Source: Octopus vulgaris
Taxonomy: Eukaryota
Direction of reading: 5' to 3'
Assembly (NCBI GenBank): GCA_951406725.2
Contig: OX597818.1
Location: forward strand, 44,702,001 to 44,766,000
Length of the DNA stretch: 64,000 nucleotides
The notes under the pieces were generated by a model. The model ran no database searches and had not been told where the DNA came from. It saw only the letters and a program-made list of their open reading frames with translations. Each line of letters starts with the position of its first letter. Position 1 is the first letter of the stretch. Below, one piece after another: positions 39,626-53,423 of this stretch. Both the position numbers and the translations under genes were made by a program.

Positions 39626-40442
39626 CTAGCAGAATTGCCCGGCGTTGCTCGGGGCTGAATTGCTTGAAAGTACTGTTAATGATTGCACTGAATTATGATG
39701 ATTATTCAGGCAAATATTGAAATAAGCTTACGGTGGGAGATAAGGACTTAACGCCAAACGTGTGCCATTGCATTGTTTTGGGGGAACCAAATTTCTGATG
39801 AGCATTATAGGGGCACTAACTTTAAGTTTGAGAAAGTGTGGTGGTAGTCCGGGGTGCTCAAAGGAATTGAGTACCTCTATTGGATAGTTGATGACGTCCT
39901 CTGGGTCAGGAGTTGTATCGATAGACTGATATACATCGACTTCCCCAGGAATGAGTTTTAGCATTTCATCATTAATATGGTGAACAGTTTTATTCCTCGG
40001 GGCCAGTATAGCCTTTTTGCCAATCCAATCCATATTCTGATAATTAGCTTGTAAATCTGGGAACACTGCATCTCTGAGATCAGAAGGCGTCTTAACAATG
40101 GTACAAATGGAATCGATGGCAATATTACCATTTTCATCCCCTGGTATTTTGCCTTCGCCAAGTGCAAGGAGGGTGTGAGGAAATGCTGCTGATGTGATAT
40201 TACGTCGCATATGAGCACGCATATTGGTGTGAAGTTTGAGAGTTACTTCCGTTTATTTTAAAAAATATGCATTAAAATGGAAAAAAATGATGGTAAATTA
40301 TTTGTAAAATCATAGACTCATCCTCGATATGAATCACGACTATAAGATACCCGGTTTTGGTTAAACTGCATCGCAAAATGTGGGAGTAGTTAGGAATCTA
40401 AATCGGAGTAGACAGACACACAACCTTTCTTTTATATATAGA
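39626..40442 (-). mobile_element. Helitron deletion derivative retaining part of the RepHel helicase
   Basis: TC...hairpin-CTAG termini; 5' part shared with family 1; contains ORF 39728-40222. Confidence 0.9.
39728..40222 (-). pseudogene. Pif1-family helicase fragment of Helitron RepHel
   Basis: LLALGEG..VFPDL..AILAPRNKTVHHIN..YQSID..YPIEVLNSFEHPGLPPHFLKLKVSAPIMLIRNLVPPKQCNGTRL are Pif1/Helitron helicase motifs; truncated at both ends. Confidence 0.9.
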
Positions 40443-42020
40443 TACATACATACACACACACATACATACACACACACACACACATACATGCATACATACA
40501 TATACACATAAACCGAGTAAAAAATTTCAGTTATCTCTCTCTTTCACACATTACTCTCTCTGTCTCTTCACACACACTAACAGAAGCACTTCACTTACAC
40601 AACATACTGTCTGTCTCCCACACTCCATCAAACACACACACACACACACATGTACATCAATGAGTCCCATGCACGGTAACTTCAAAGGAACTTCCCTCGT
40701 CATACAATCGCTTTCTCTTAGTCTCTTTCGCTCTCATTACTTATGTAAAAAAATAAAAGTTTTTTCTATGTGTGTAAAGAGGAAGTGGGAGGCAGAGTGA
40801 AAGAATCACTCACTACAGTAAGTGAATTACTTTCATTTTATTCCTTGCCCACTGTGTGTGTGCGTTTGCGTGTGGTGTAAACCAGACTAAGAAAAGCATT
40901 TGACACACACACCAGAATGTGAGTTTTCTGTAAATTTTGCTTAATTGGAGTTTAAATTTTAAAAACTGGACCTGGCATGATGCGATGCATTGTACTCTTA
41001 AAACTGCTAGGTAAATTGTAATTGAAGAAATCCTATATTGTAGATTTGTATAACTCCCAAAGGGAGGCAGTTAAAATCTGCCTTTTATAATAAGAGATAT
41101 ATATATATATATATGCATATATATATGCATATATATATATATATCAACATCAAAATAAAAATCAAATGGAAATTGTAGTTGTGATACTCGTGCCGGTGGC
41201 ACATAAAAAGCATCATCCGACCATGGCTGATGCCAGCGCTGCCTTGACTGGCTTTTGTGCCAGTGGCACATAAAAATCACCCAATATACTCATGGAGTGG
41301 TTGGCGCTAGGAAGGGCATCCAGCTGTAGAAACACTGCTGGATCAGATTGGAGCCTGGTGCAGCCTCCTGGCTTCCCAGAACCCGTCCAACCCATGCTAG
41401 CACAGAAAACGGATGTTAAATGATGATGATATATATATATGCACAAACATGTGCAATATGCAATGTGCATTTAAAATGTACCTTTACTTCCTGTTGTGAT
41501 CTTGATTTATGTTTGTGGACTAGCATATGCAGCTACAAACAGCACTGTTAAGTGAGCATACAAAAATTGACAATAAATAATTATGTAATGAAGAAAAAAA
41601 CCTTATCAAAGACTAATATAATATGCATTTTTCAGCAAGAATGGGATGCAACTCTTGATATGTTTTTGTCTTATTATGGTCTCATCAGCAAACCATAAAC
41701 TTATTTCTGAACTTGCTAAGTTAGTGATGAGAGAAATAGTAATAGTAAATGTACAAGGTTGTACAGCAGCTGGTGTAGAAATATGTCTGAACTGATCTGT
41801 ATTGCCAAAGTAATTAAAATAATGTTAGCTATTGACTAATATTGTTTTTTCCTCCCTGCAATTCTTGTTAGTTTTTAAATGCATCATGTATGAAATGTTA
41901 CCTCTAACTTTGCTATTGTTTTTCATACTGATGGCATAACTGAACTATTTATTTTCTACCTTTGTAATCTCCCTAGCGCTAAGCGTTTCTTTACTTAAAC
42001 TATTAATTATTTCATATCAG

Positions 42021-42212
42021 GAAAGAATAGTTCAGGAGAAGAATTAGAATAGCTTATCTTGCCAAATTTACAATGCAGAAATTGCTACAGGAATTGATAC
42101 TGTGATTATTAAATCAGAGCTTCATCGCAGCTACAGACAGTCAGATACTGGAACTACAACTAAAAATGTTATAGTTTATACTTCCTCTGAAATGTTTAGT
42201 CAGCTGTCATAA
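42021..42212 (+). pseudogene. Exon remnant, CTLD C-terminal motif
   Basis: ttcatatcag| ERIVQEKN*NSLSCQIYNAEI...; TAG (42045) at the Trp of W-N-x-x-x-C. Confidence 0.45.
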
Positions 42213-42502
42213 AAATGAAACTTTGGAGTAATAATTGTCTCTGATTTAGGCACAAAGCCAGTAATTTTGATGGGAGGATCTTAGTCTGTGTCATTAACTC
42301 CGGTAAAGGTACTTTATATTATCAATCCCAGGGGGCTGAAAAACTAAGTTTTTCTTGGTGGGATTTGAACTTTGCCAGCTCTGAAAAAAAAAGAAAAAAA
42401 AAAGGAAAACGGTATTCTTATTAATTTTTGTTCTTACTTATCCAAGCATATAATGAAAAAAATATTGATGAAAAATTCCTTATTGCTCTTGAGGTTTTAG
42501 AC

Positions 42503-42685
42503 CAGGGCTCTCCAAAGTGGTCGATATTGACCCCTGGGAGTTGATGGAACTATTCAAGGGGTCGAGAAATGCACATCTACTTAATTGTTTTTATTATTTA
42601 TTTTCTTGTACATGCCTGGGGGGGTCGATGAGGGATAAAGGATTCCATAAAGGTGTTGATGGTCTAAAAATTTGGGGGACCCCTG
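42503..42685. mobile_element. hAT-type MITE
   Basis: CAGGGCTCTCCAAA...TTTGGGGGACCCCTG with 8-bp TSD tt(t/c)tagac. Confidence 0.8.
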
Positions 42686-43237
42686 TTCTAGACTTTGACC
42701 TTTTAGGTCAAATTTTCCCATCAAAATGTGATGGACCATGTTGCTACTGTAGTTGTTTAACCCCAGGTCATACTGATCAAGCAGATCTAAAAGGAAAAAA
42801 ATATTCTGTTTTCGTCTTTAGACTTAATGTATCTTAGACTATATTATCCAATATATCCACTTTTTCTGAATATAGTAGGGTGTGATTTAAAGAAGAGGCA
42901 GTTGGTATTTCTAGCAGGTCAAACAGTTATGTAGAGGACTCCTTATTGGCTTCTGTTGATTGTAAGGGCAAAGACAAAAGGGAACTTTTGGCATGCGTGT
43001 CATTCTCAAATACTTAATTGACATTATGATTGAATTTGTTGCAAGTATGAAAGAAAACCAGATCCAAAATTCAGTTTTCTACATGTTCTCCAGACAAAGT
43101 TTATATCACAACAGGATATAATATAGGAATATATTGACAGAGATTTGTTTTATCTATTATTTGAAACTGCCTGATACTTAGCAATACAGAGTTAGTGAAA
43201 ATAGTATTTCTAAAGATATATACTATGATGAACCTTA

Positions 43238-43643
43238 TCTATATATATAAAGCTAAAGTTGTCTATGTGTGTGTCTGTGTGTGGCAGGTTTGGTAGCCTT
43301 CAACTAACACTATCTCCTCCAAGACCCTGCGGTGCAAGTTGACCAAAATTGAAAGTGTGATAGAAGAAGGCTTGCTCTTCATTCCATAGAAGAAAAAAAT
43401 TCAAATCGAACCATATTACAACCAAAAATTATTTACATCAAAAAGGTGTTTTTTTCTATGAAAATCCCTATTTTTTACGATTTTTTACTGCTGTGTCGCC
43501 ATTTTTCGGTGTATTTCAACCAGAAAAATGTTCACTTAAAGAGAATAACAAACTACATAATGCAAAATTTTTACTTTTAAAAATTCCAATTCTAAAGGGT
43601 CGAAAAGAAAACAAACTTGAGCAACGCTGGGCTACACTGCTAG
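43238..43643 (+). mobile_element. Non-autonomous Helitron (family 2)
   Basis: A|TCTATATATATAAAG ... gagcaacgctggg..CTAG|T. Confidence 0.85.
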
Positions 43644-44295
43644 TATATATATATATCATCATCATCATCATCATCATCATCGTTTAACGTCCGTTCTCCA
43701 TGCTAGCATGGGTTGGACGGTTCGACTGGGGATCTGGGAAGCCAGAAGGCTGCACCAGGCTCCGGTCTTATCTGGCAATGTTTCTACAGCTGGATGCCCT
43801 TCCTAACGCCAACCACTCCATAAGTGTAGTGGGTGCTTTTTACATGCCACCGACACGGAAGCCAGTCGAGGCGGCGCTGGCATCGGCCACGATTCGGATA
43901 GTGCTTTTTACGTATCTCCAGTCCAGGGGTCCTGGCATCTGCCAGGTGCCAGTCATAGGATTGGTTCAATTTCGATATATATATAGAGAGAGAAACACAC
44001 AACAAAGACATGAGAAATGAATGAAATAGTATTAAGTGGAATTAAAAGAGGATTTCAAATACTCTACATTCTAAATGGAACTGAGTTCAGTTGACTAACC
44101 ATGCCCTTTATAAAATGATATTTTATCTGAAGCCCACACCTGCAACTGGATTAGAATCTAATCAATATATTGTCAGACAATGTCCATTAATTAGCTGTTC
44201 TGAAATGTATACAAGTATGTTTTGTGTATTTTTTTAATGTTTTGTTTTTCTTTGGAAGAATTTTAAATTCCCCAAGGGAAAATAACTGGAAGATA

Positions 44296-44475
44296 GTGTG
44301 GGATGACGTCAGCAGCTGGGGAGCTGACTGGAACTTGGGGCTGACCAGAACTTGGGGCTGACCGGAAGAAGAAGCAGCAGGAGAGTAGAGAGAATATGAT
44401 CTTTAAGATCAGGGTGGCGTGTGGGATGACGTCAGCAGCTGGGGAGCTGACCAGAACTTGGGGCTGACCGGAAGA
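44296..44475. repeat. GC-rich direct repeat with two TGACGTCA palindromes
   Basis: gtgtgggatgacgtcagcagctggggagctgac..ccagaacttggggctgaccggaaga at 44296 and 44419. Confidence 0.8.
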
Positions 44476-47400
44476 GGAAGGGGCAGGAGTGATTCGCGTG
44501 CAGGCAGGGCAGCATTGGCCCTTTTCGATCGAGGTAGCCGACCGAGTTGGACGTGTAAGCGCTTTGTTAAGGTAGGGGAAAAGCAGCTGCTATTTCTAGC
44601 GTTCTAGTCGGGTTGCATGGAAGGGTGCATTACCACTGGAGAGGTCTCCGTCAACAAAGAGAAGGTTGGTGCCCTTATTTTAAATCTCCCGCATACACCA
44701 CAGATAGAATGTATGTTATGTATTTAGCCCTTTTGATACCGATGTTTCTGTTGAAATTCACTGCCTTGGTTTCAAGCAATTTTGAAAATAATGAAGTCTT
44801 TTGCCATTATTAAACTGGTGTATGGTACATAGAATAACTCGAAATTTTGGTGTAAAGGTTTTAATATAGAACACTTTAAAACTGGAAGTTTGTATCATAG
44901 AAGCAGGAGTGGTCACAACTGGGGAAAAATAAGAAAAATATCGTCAGGCTGTATAAACCATTAATTAACCATAATTCTAGAGATATACTAATTGTATGTG
45001 TCTGTAAATTTTGAAAATAATCATAAATGTGGAGAAGTTTAGTTGTGGCACCTTGAGCAAGTGTCTTCTACTATAGCCTTGGGCCGACCAAAGCCTTGTC
45101 AGTGGATTTGGTAGACGGAAACTGAAAGAAGCCCGTCGTATATATATATGTATATGTATATATATATATGTGTGTGTGTGTTTGTGTGTCTGTGTTTGTC
45201 CCCCCAGCATCACTTGACAACCGATGCTGGTGTGTTTACGTCCTTGTAACTTAGCGGTTCGGCAAAAGTGGTCGATAGACTAAGTACTAGGCTTACAAAG
45301 AATAAGTTGACTAAAGGTGGTGCTCTAGCATGGCCGCAGTCAAATGACTGAAACAAGTAAAAGAGTAAAAGAGTAAATAAGTTTTTAGTTATAAGTTAGT
45401 GTGCAAAACATACATCACTAGATTGTGTCATGGATTGGGTTGAAAAGTTTAAATTTATAAATAAACACTCCTGTTGGTCCCACATAAAAAGCACTGGTGC
45501 CACTTCTGTGTATAGAGCACCCATACTGGTGCTACGTAAAAAGCACCCAGTACACTCTGTAAAGTGGTTGGCATTAGGAAGGGCATTCAACTGTAGAAAC
45601 CATGCCAAAAACAGATGCATCCCTCCAGCTCCTGTCAAACTGTCCAACCCATACTAGCATGGAAAATGGACATTAAATAATAACAATGATGATGATGATG
45701 GTAACTTTGAAATAAAAACAATTTTGCATTGTTTTGCATCACAGAACCAGAGGCAGTTTGGGTGAGTTAGTATCATTACCTTATATCTGCTTTTCAATGC
45801 TGGCATGGGTTAGATGGGTCATTACAGTCTGAGTCAGTTCTTATTAACACCTTGTGTACCCCCACTGTACAGGTTGGGAACCATGTCCCATTCGGCATGG
45901 ACTTTATGTTTGGATACCCTTCACATTGCCAAACATTCTACAGAATGTACTCAGAGCATTTTGTTATAGCACCAACACTGGATAAGTTGTCTTCAACCCA
46001 GTTAGACTAAAGAGTCCATAAGTGCAGGAATGAAATTTGCTTAGTGGGTGCAAACTCAAGTCCCACCCAGGATGTTTGTCTTCATTGTTCCTCACCTACC
46101 AAATTTTAGGAGCGCAGGCATACTCACTGCACTCCTTGTTTCCAAGCCTATGAAAGAGTCCCCTCTTTCCTAAGTTGTCTCTTTCATTCTTTCACAATCA
46201 AAGAGGTTACCTTACCCATAGTAACACTAAAGAGAGTCTTCTTTTCCTTGTATTATCTCTGTATTTATTCCTTCCTCTCCGACACTTCTGGCTGGAAGAG
46301 AGCCAGAGTTCAGGTGTGAGAGGAAAAGGGTAATGGAAGAGAACCAGAGTGATAAGGGTGAGATTAGGATAAATGAGAGTGATGGATCGCTACTTGAGGG
46401 TTATTGATAAAGAGATTGAATTGGCACGATAAGATTACCTTTTAATTTCTCTAATATCTTTTGGATATGGTCTTTTTGAATATTCCTTTTCTCTTTCCAT
46501 ATAACAGCAACATACACACACACACTCTCCCTCATTTTCTCTATCATCTTTTATTTTATACTCTTTCCTCCTTTACCTTATTCAGTACACCTCTAACTAA
46601 TATTTTTTATCCATGGATTAAAAGCTATAAACAGGTTAAAGACCCTTGCCTTCTTCCCAAACTAACAAAACAAGTTTACTTTCTTCCTTCTCCAATGTTT
46701 ATAAAATAAACAAACTACATACTGCGAAATGACTTAAGTCCTTCTTTTATCTCTTCTTCTGCTAATAACAAATGATACATAAATATTGTTATAGATTAGC
46801 AAGTATCTAAAGTCCTCTTACAAATCATCTTCATGTAATTGTTTTAGCTATCCTCTCTTTCTGTATGTTTTCCTTTTCGTTTCTTAATATTTTTTTTATT
46901 GTTCTACATTAGAAAAACATACTTCCAAATTTATTTCCTTGTTTTATGTACTCTTTTACTTGTTTCAGTCATTTGACTGTGGCCATGCCGGAGCACCGCC
47001 TATAGTCGAGGAAATCGACTCCAGGCCATTCTTTGTAAGCCTAGTGCTTATTATATCGGTCTCTTTTGCCGAACCGCATCGATTGTCAAGTGTTGTCGGG
47101 GGGGGACAGACACAAGCACAAACACACCCACACATATATATATACATATGTACGACAGGCTTCTTTCAGTTTCTGTCTATCAAATCCACTCACAAGGCTT
47201 TGGTTGGCCCGAGGCTATAGTAGAAGACACTTGCCTAAGGTGCCATGCAGTGGGACTGAACCCGGAACCATGTGGTTGGTAAGCAAGCTACTTACCACAC
47301 AATGACTCCTGTGTATTTAATATATTCATCTGTGATCTTTCAACTGTCTAACATACCAGTTATAGTCTAACCCAATGAATGAGTCTCTACCTTCAAGAAA

Positions 47401-47780
47401 TAGCAGCCAAATCTCTCTCAAATTAAAGCAAACCATTTTTCTTAAACTACTAAACATAGCAGATAAAAACTCTCTCAAAATACATCTGACTATGTGGCTC
47501 AACCTCTGAAAAATAGCAGCCAAAATCTCCTGCAAAATAAACCCAAAAGTTTTTTAAAATTGGGATTATACTTTAAGCAATATAGTTCTTGATATATCTG
47601 AAACTGCCACTTGGGATCATATTAGAAGACATTTGTCCAAAATGCTGTCCGATGGGGCCAAACCTAAAACAACACATTGTGAAGTGAACTTCTCAATTAC
47701 ATAGCCAAACCTGAGCCTGTTTTCCGTACAATGCTGGTTTTACAGGGATAAACACAAACACAGACATGGAGTCACACAGC

Positions 47781-47965
47781 TACAAGGGGATGCTGAAAAG
47801 TTCCTGGCTTTGGGTAAAAGAAAATACAGGAGGATCAATTAATTCTGATTTTATTCAACATATTCCCCTCATAGATTCACACATTTATTGCAATGGTCCT
47901 TCAGTTTTTCTAAGCCCTGTAAAAGAACTCAGAAAGTTGGGTCCCCAACCAGGCCTTTTGTGATA
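47781..47965 (+). mobile_element. Tc1/mariner terminal fragment
   Basis: TA|CAAGGGGATGCTGAAAAGTTCCTGGC resembles mariner TIRs; partner TIR not seen. Confidence 0.55.
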
Positions 47966-48767
47966 TCCCACTGCATGGCATCTTGGACAGTGTCTTCAAT
48001 TACAGCTCTGGGCCAACCATATGGGCGAGTATGATTGATGGAAACTGTATGGAAGCCTGCTTTGTGTGTGTGTGTGTTTGTTTCTGTGTTTGTCCCTACC
48101 ACCACTGCTTAAAAACTGACCATGGTGGAAAGTATAACCTTGTTTGGAAACTAGGGAGGTTTGGTAATGAAAAGAGCATCCAGCTGTAAAAAATCTGTCC
48201 CAGTGAATTCCGCAGAAATGATGATACGATGATGATGATGATGATGCAGATAAATGATGATGATGATGATGATGATGCAGATGATGATGATGCAGATGAT
48301 GATGATAATGATAATAATGATTATGATGATGATATATATAAGATGTTGAACTGACACATTCATCTGAGTGCTGAACAGTGGATCATTGAATATAATATAA
48401 TGCCTTGTGGTATTTGTTTCAACTCACTGCACACTGACTTCTTGTCCCACTGAGATCAGCTTTGCTTTCATCATTTAGGGGTTGATTAAAAATTATCAAT
48501 TTAAGGCAGTGCCTTGGGGGAAAACTGTGAAAACGGTTGAAATGTTGAAAGCCAGACAAGATTATCCTGTGATATCTGTCCTAGTTCTTTGTTTTGTAAT
48601 TACACTGATGCCAAGCTGAATACAGTCAGATTTCATATCCAACCAACGATTCTACTTTTGCCAGACCAGATTGAGCCTGGTGCAGTCTCTGGTTCACCAG
48701 TCTTCAGTCAAACCGTCCAACCCGTGCCAGCATGGAAAGCGGACGTTAAACAACGACGACAATGATG

Positions 48768-48804
<37 letters not shown>

Positions 48805-48865
48805 TGTCTTTTTAGAAAAACATAAATGCGGAGGAGAAGCACATTCTAAGAAGTAGAGCAGTCTG

Positions 48866-48984
48866 TATTTATTACTGGTGAAGACCAGTTTATAAGGTTA
48901 CCCTGGGTTTCTTGCCATAAATGGTACCTTTATGGCAAGAAACCTAGGGTAACCCTATAAATCAGCCTTCATCGATAATAAATA
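48866..48984. repeat. Fold-back palindrome with ~56-bp arms
   Basis: ..ggttaccctgggtttcttgccataaa-tggtacc-tttatggcaagaaacctagggtaacc.. Confidence 0.9.
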
Positions 48985-49349
48985 TATATATATGCATATG
49001 TATGTGTTTGTAGGTATTTGATGTATATGTATGTATGTGTGTGTGTGTATATGTCTGTGTTTCTATTCTAAAACCAGTGATGTGTGAAAAAGTGTAAACC
49101 TGGTCGTGTGATAAATTATGGATCAATAAAATAGGTACAAGACTCAAATATGTCACAGAGTCAAGGTAATTGACTAAAACACTTGGAAGCTGGTTTCACA
49201 GCATAGTTTCAGTTTGATAATTGAAGCTATTAAAAGGGTGAATGCGAATAATAATAAAAAAAAAAGAAAATAGATAGGGAAAAAATGCAATATATTTATA
49301 ATATATGTTTAAAATTAAGATATCTGAATTGGTATGCTTTGAACTATCA

Positions 49350-49537
49350 CAAGGGTCTTCAAACTTTTTAGACCATCGACCCTTCATGGAATCCTAGATC
49401 TCTCATCGACCCTCAGGCATGTAGAAGAAACTAAATAAATAAATAATAATAATAATTAAATAGATGTGCATTTATCCATCCCTTGAATAGTCCCATCGAT
49501 CCCTAGGTGTCGATATCAACCACTTTGGAGGCCCCTG
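49350..49537. mobile_element. hAT-type MITE (inverted homologue of 42503-42685)
   Basis: Exact 8-bp TSD aactatca (49342-49349, 49538-49545); CA(A)GGG...CCCTG ends. Confidence 0.85.
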
Positions 49538-51128
49538 AACTATCAGATTAGATGTGGTATGTACAAATTCATTTACAGATGTTTATTTTTTTTTCGTTCC
49601 TGCATTTAGTAATAGTATTTTAGTCTACATAACCTCAATTCAAATACATATCAGAAATAGGTTTTATATTTTTTTTTCTGAACTAATCAATATTGCTTAT
49701 TGCTCATTGATACAGACACCTTTGATCATAGTAGGTCAAGCAACTGGCTATATTTATTTTGCTGGGTAAAGAAGAAATAATGAATGAATGTGGAATATTA
49801 TAAGTTTATAACTTAATGGATGGATAAGATATTGACAGTAAACTGGTTATTTCAACAGTGATTAAAACTGATGATATAAATTGCCATGAGATGTACAGTG
49901 GTTTTTGTTAGAAGCAACCTGTCATCCATGAATTAATGGCAATAACTATGTAGGTCAGATAAAGTCAGGTTATTGTTACTTGTGATTACTAAGTTCAAAC
50001 TTATTGATGTAGTTCAATATTGAACTAATGTTACTGCTGTGTAATTAGCATTATGGTGTGGGGTAGGATCTGTAAATAAACATTTTCTGTGACATACATT
50101 AATTTTGCATTGAGAAAGCATGCATACACATGCATTATACAATATTTGTGTGTGCATGTGCGTGAGTGAGTAAGTGTGTGTGTGCGTGTTTTGTACAGGC
50201 CCAGGTATAGCACTGTAGTTTAAAAGTTCTCTTTAACCATTTGTTGTTTTCAGTTTGATCTTATTGCTGGTTATACAGTGGGAACATATTTGCTCCATGT
50301 GCAAACATGGAGCAAATACGTTTCAACTATAGCCTTAGGTTGACCAATACCTTGCAAGTGAAATTTGGTAAACTGAAACCCTACAGAAATATATATATAT
50401 ATATCATCATCATCATCGTTTAACGTCCATTTTCCACGCTAGCATGAGTTGGAAAGGCACATAAAAGGAGAAATACATATATACATACATACACATACAA
50501 ATACAGATTCATACATACATATATATATATATAAAAGCTGATGAATACTACCTCTGGCTTCCCTCCATTTTCTTCTTGCTATATAAATTAAGGTTAAAAC
50601 CACTTACTACCCTAGCTTAATTATTATAATCAGTAGGGTAATTGCCATGCAATAACCAACACTTTTGTACTAATTAGGTATTCTACCAGCAGTATATTGG
50701 ATAGATACCATCCCTTAGTTGGTTGGATTCACAACTTCTAACTCTCTTGGAATTATATATATATATATATATACACATATATTTCTGTGGAGTATGCACA
50801 TAGGTAATTGTGTATGTATGTATCTATGTATGTATGTATGTATGTATGTGTATACGTGTGTGGGTGTGTATGTATGTGTTTATCATCATCATCATCATCA
50901 TCATCGTTTAACGTCCGTTTTCCGCGCTAGCACGGGTTGGACGGTTTCGACCGGGGTCTGGGGAGCTCGGGACTGCCCCAGGCTCCAGTCTAGTCTGGCA
51001 GTGTTTCTACAGCTGGATGCCCTTCCTAACGCCAACCACTCCGCGAGTGTAGTGGGTGTTTTTTACGTGCCACCTGCACAGGTGCCAGAGGGGTCTGGCA
51101 TCGGCCACGTTCGGATGGTGCTTTTTAT

Positions 51129-51952
51129 GGGGGGGTGCAGAAATATAGGGGAGCACCAGTGGGAGGGGTGGTTCAGAGGACAGGTACTAGTCAAGTAGAA
51201 CGTAGGATATCGAGAGAGGGGTAATGCATGGTGAAATAGCGTATTGAAGAGGGGGTTCAAAGAGTAGACACCTATAATGGTGGTGGGGGGTGCAGAAATA
51301 TAGGGGAGCACCAGTGGGAGGGGTGGTTCAGGGGACAGGTTCTAGGCAAGTAGAACGTAGGATATCGAGAGAGGGGTAATGCATGGTGAAATAGCGTATT
51401 GAAGAGGGGGGTTCAAAGAGTAGACACCTATAATGGTGGTGGGGGAGGTGCAGAAATATAGGGGAGCACCAGTGGGAGGGGTGGGCACCAGTGGGGGGGG
51501 TGGTTCAGAGGACAGGTTCTAGGCAAGTAGAACGTAGGATATCGAGAGAGGGGTAATGCATGGTGAATAGCGTATTGAAGAGGGGGTTCAAAGAGTAGAC
51601 ACCTATAATGGTGGTGGGGGGGGGTGCAGAAATATAGGGGAGCACCAGTGGGAGGGGTGGTTCAGAGGACAGGTTCTAGGCAAGTAGAACGTAGGATATC
51701 GAGAGAGGGGTAATGCATGGTGAAATAGCGTATTGAAGAGGGGGGTTCAAAGAGTAGACACCTATAATGGTGGTGGGGGGATGCAGAAATATAGGGGAGC
51801 ACCAGTGGGAGGGGTGAGCACCAGTGGGAGGGGTGGTCCAGAGGACAGGTTCTAGGCAAGTAGAACGTAGGATATCGAGAGTGGGGTAATGCATGGTGAA
51901 ATAGCGTATTGAAGAGGGGGTTCAAAGAGTAGACACCTATAATGGTGGTGGG
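51129..51952. repeat. G-rich tandem array, 5 units of 155-176 bp
   Basis: tgcagaaatatagggg recurs at 51136, 51291, 51449, 51625, 51782; units 3 and 5 carry an 18-bp internal duplication. Confidence 0.95.
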
Positions 51953-52030
51953 AGAAAACGACATCCGGTATAGTTGGAGCAAAATAGAGATATCCGGTAT
52001 TGGTGGTGGGGGTGGGTAGGGCGGGCGCGC

Positions 52031-53423
52031 CGCGAAGAATCGGCAGCCAATTTCTATAAGGGAGATAGATCTTAAATATCTATAACGATAACTAGTGAAT
52101 TATACAGAATATGCAAAAACGAGGCGAGGCTGAAATAGTAAACAGAGTGGCGACTAGGGGGATCAGAATAATAATAATTAATAAATAATAATAATAAATA
52201 GAGATACGGATGAATTAAAGTTCAAAGATTTCTTATCTTGAGATCACTTCGTTTACGGACAGACTTGGCAAAAGGAATTCAGAATCAAGAATGAGGCAGT
52301 TTACTAGCTTAAGTATGCATAGCCATGGCGGGTGGTAGGAAGAGAGGAGTCCAGACAGACGACAATGTAAAAAGAGGGGGAGAGAAGGGAAGAGAAAAAC
52401 CCCGCGAAGAATCGGCAGCCAATTTCTATAAGGGAGATAGATCTTAAATATCTATAACGATAACTAGTGAATTATACAGAATATGCAAAAACGAGGCGAG
52501 GCTGAAATAGTAAACAGAGTGGCGACTAGGGGGATCAGAATAATAATAATTAATAAATAATAATAATAAATAGAGATACGGATGAATTAAAGTTCAAAGA
52601 TTTCTTATCTTGAGATCACTTCGTTTACGGACAGACTTGGCAAAAGGAATTCGGAATCAAGAATGAGGCAGTTTACTAGCTTAAGTATGCATAGCCATGG
52701 CGGGTGGTAGGAAGAGAGGAGTCCAGACAGACGACAATGTAAAAAGAGGGGGAGAGAAGGGAAGAGAAAAACCCCGCGAAGAATCGGCAGCCAATTTCTA
52801 TAAGGGAGATAGATCTTAAATATCTATAACGATAACTAGTGAATTATACAGAATATGCAAAAACGAGGCGAGGCTGAAATAGTAAACAGAGTGGCGACTA
52901 GGGGGATCAGAATAATAATAATTAATAAATAATAATAATAAATAGAGATACGGATGAATTAAAGTTCAAAGATTTCTTATCTTGAGATCACTTCGTTTAC
53001 GGACAGACTTGGCAAAAGGAATTCGGAATCAAGAATGAGGCAGTTTACTAGCTTAAGTATGCATAGCCATGGCGGGTGGTAGGAAGAGAGGAGTCCAGAC
53101 AGACGACAATGTAAAAAGAGGGGGAGAGAAGGGAAGAGAAAAACCCCGCGAAGAATCGGCAGCCAATTTCTATAAGGGAGATAGATCTTAAATATCTATA
53201 ACGATAACTAGTGAATTATACAGAATATGCAAAAACGAGGCGAGGCTGAAATAGTAAACAGAGTGGCGACTAGGGGGATCAGAATAATAATAATTAATAA
53301 ATAATAATAATAAATAGAGATACGGATGAATTAAAGTTCAAAGATTTCTTATCTTGAGATCACTTCGTTTACGGACAGACTTGGCAAAAGGAATTCGGAA
53401 TCAAGAATGAGGCAGTTTACTAG
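52031..53423. repeat. 372-bp tandem array, 3.7 near-identical units
   Basis: cgcgaagaatcgg at 52031, 52403, 52775, 53147; ends at ..tttaCTAG|(TA)n. Confidence 0.95.

Noticed and set aside
52031-53423. 372-bp array as a retrozyme tandem
   Set aside because: No CTGANGA/GAAA hammerhead core on either strand; CGGATGA..CAAA lacks the core and a stem II. Other ribozyme classes were not testable by eye.
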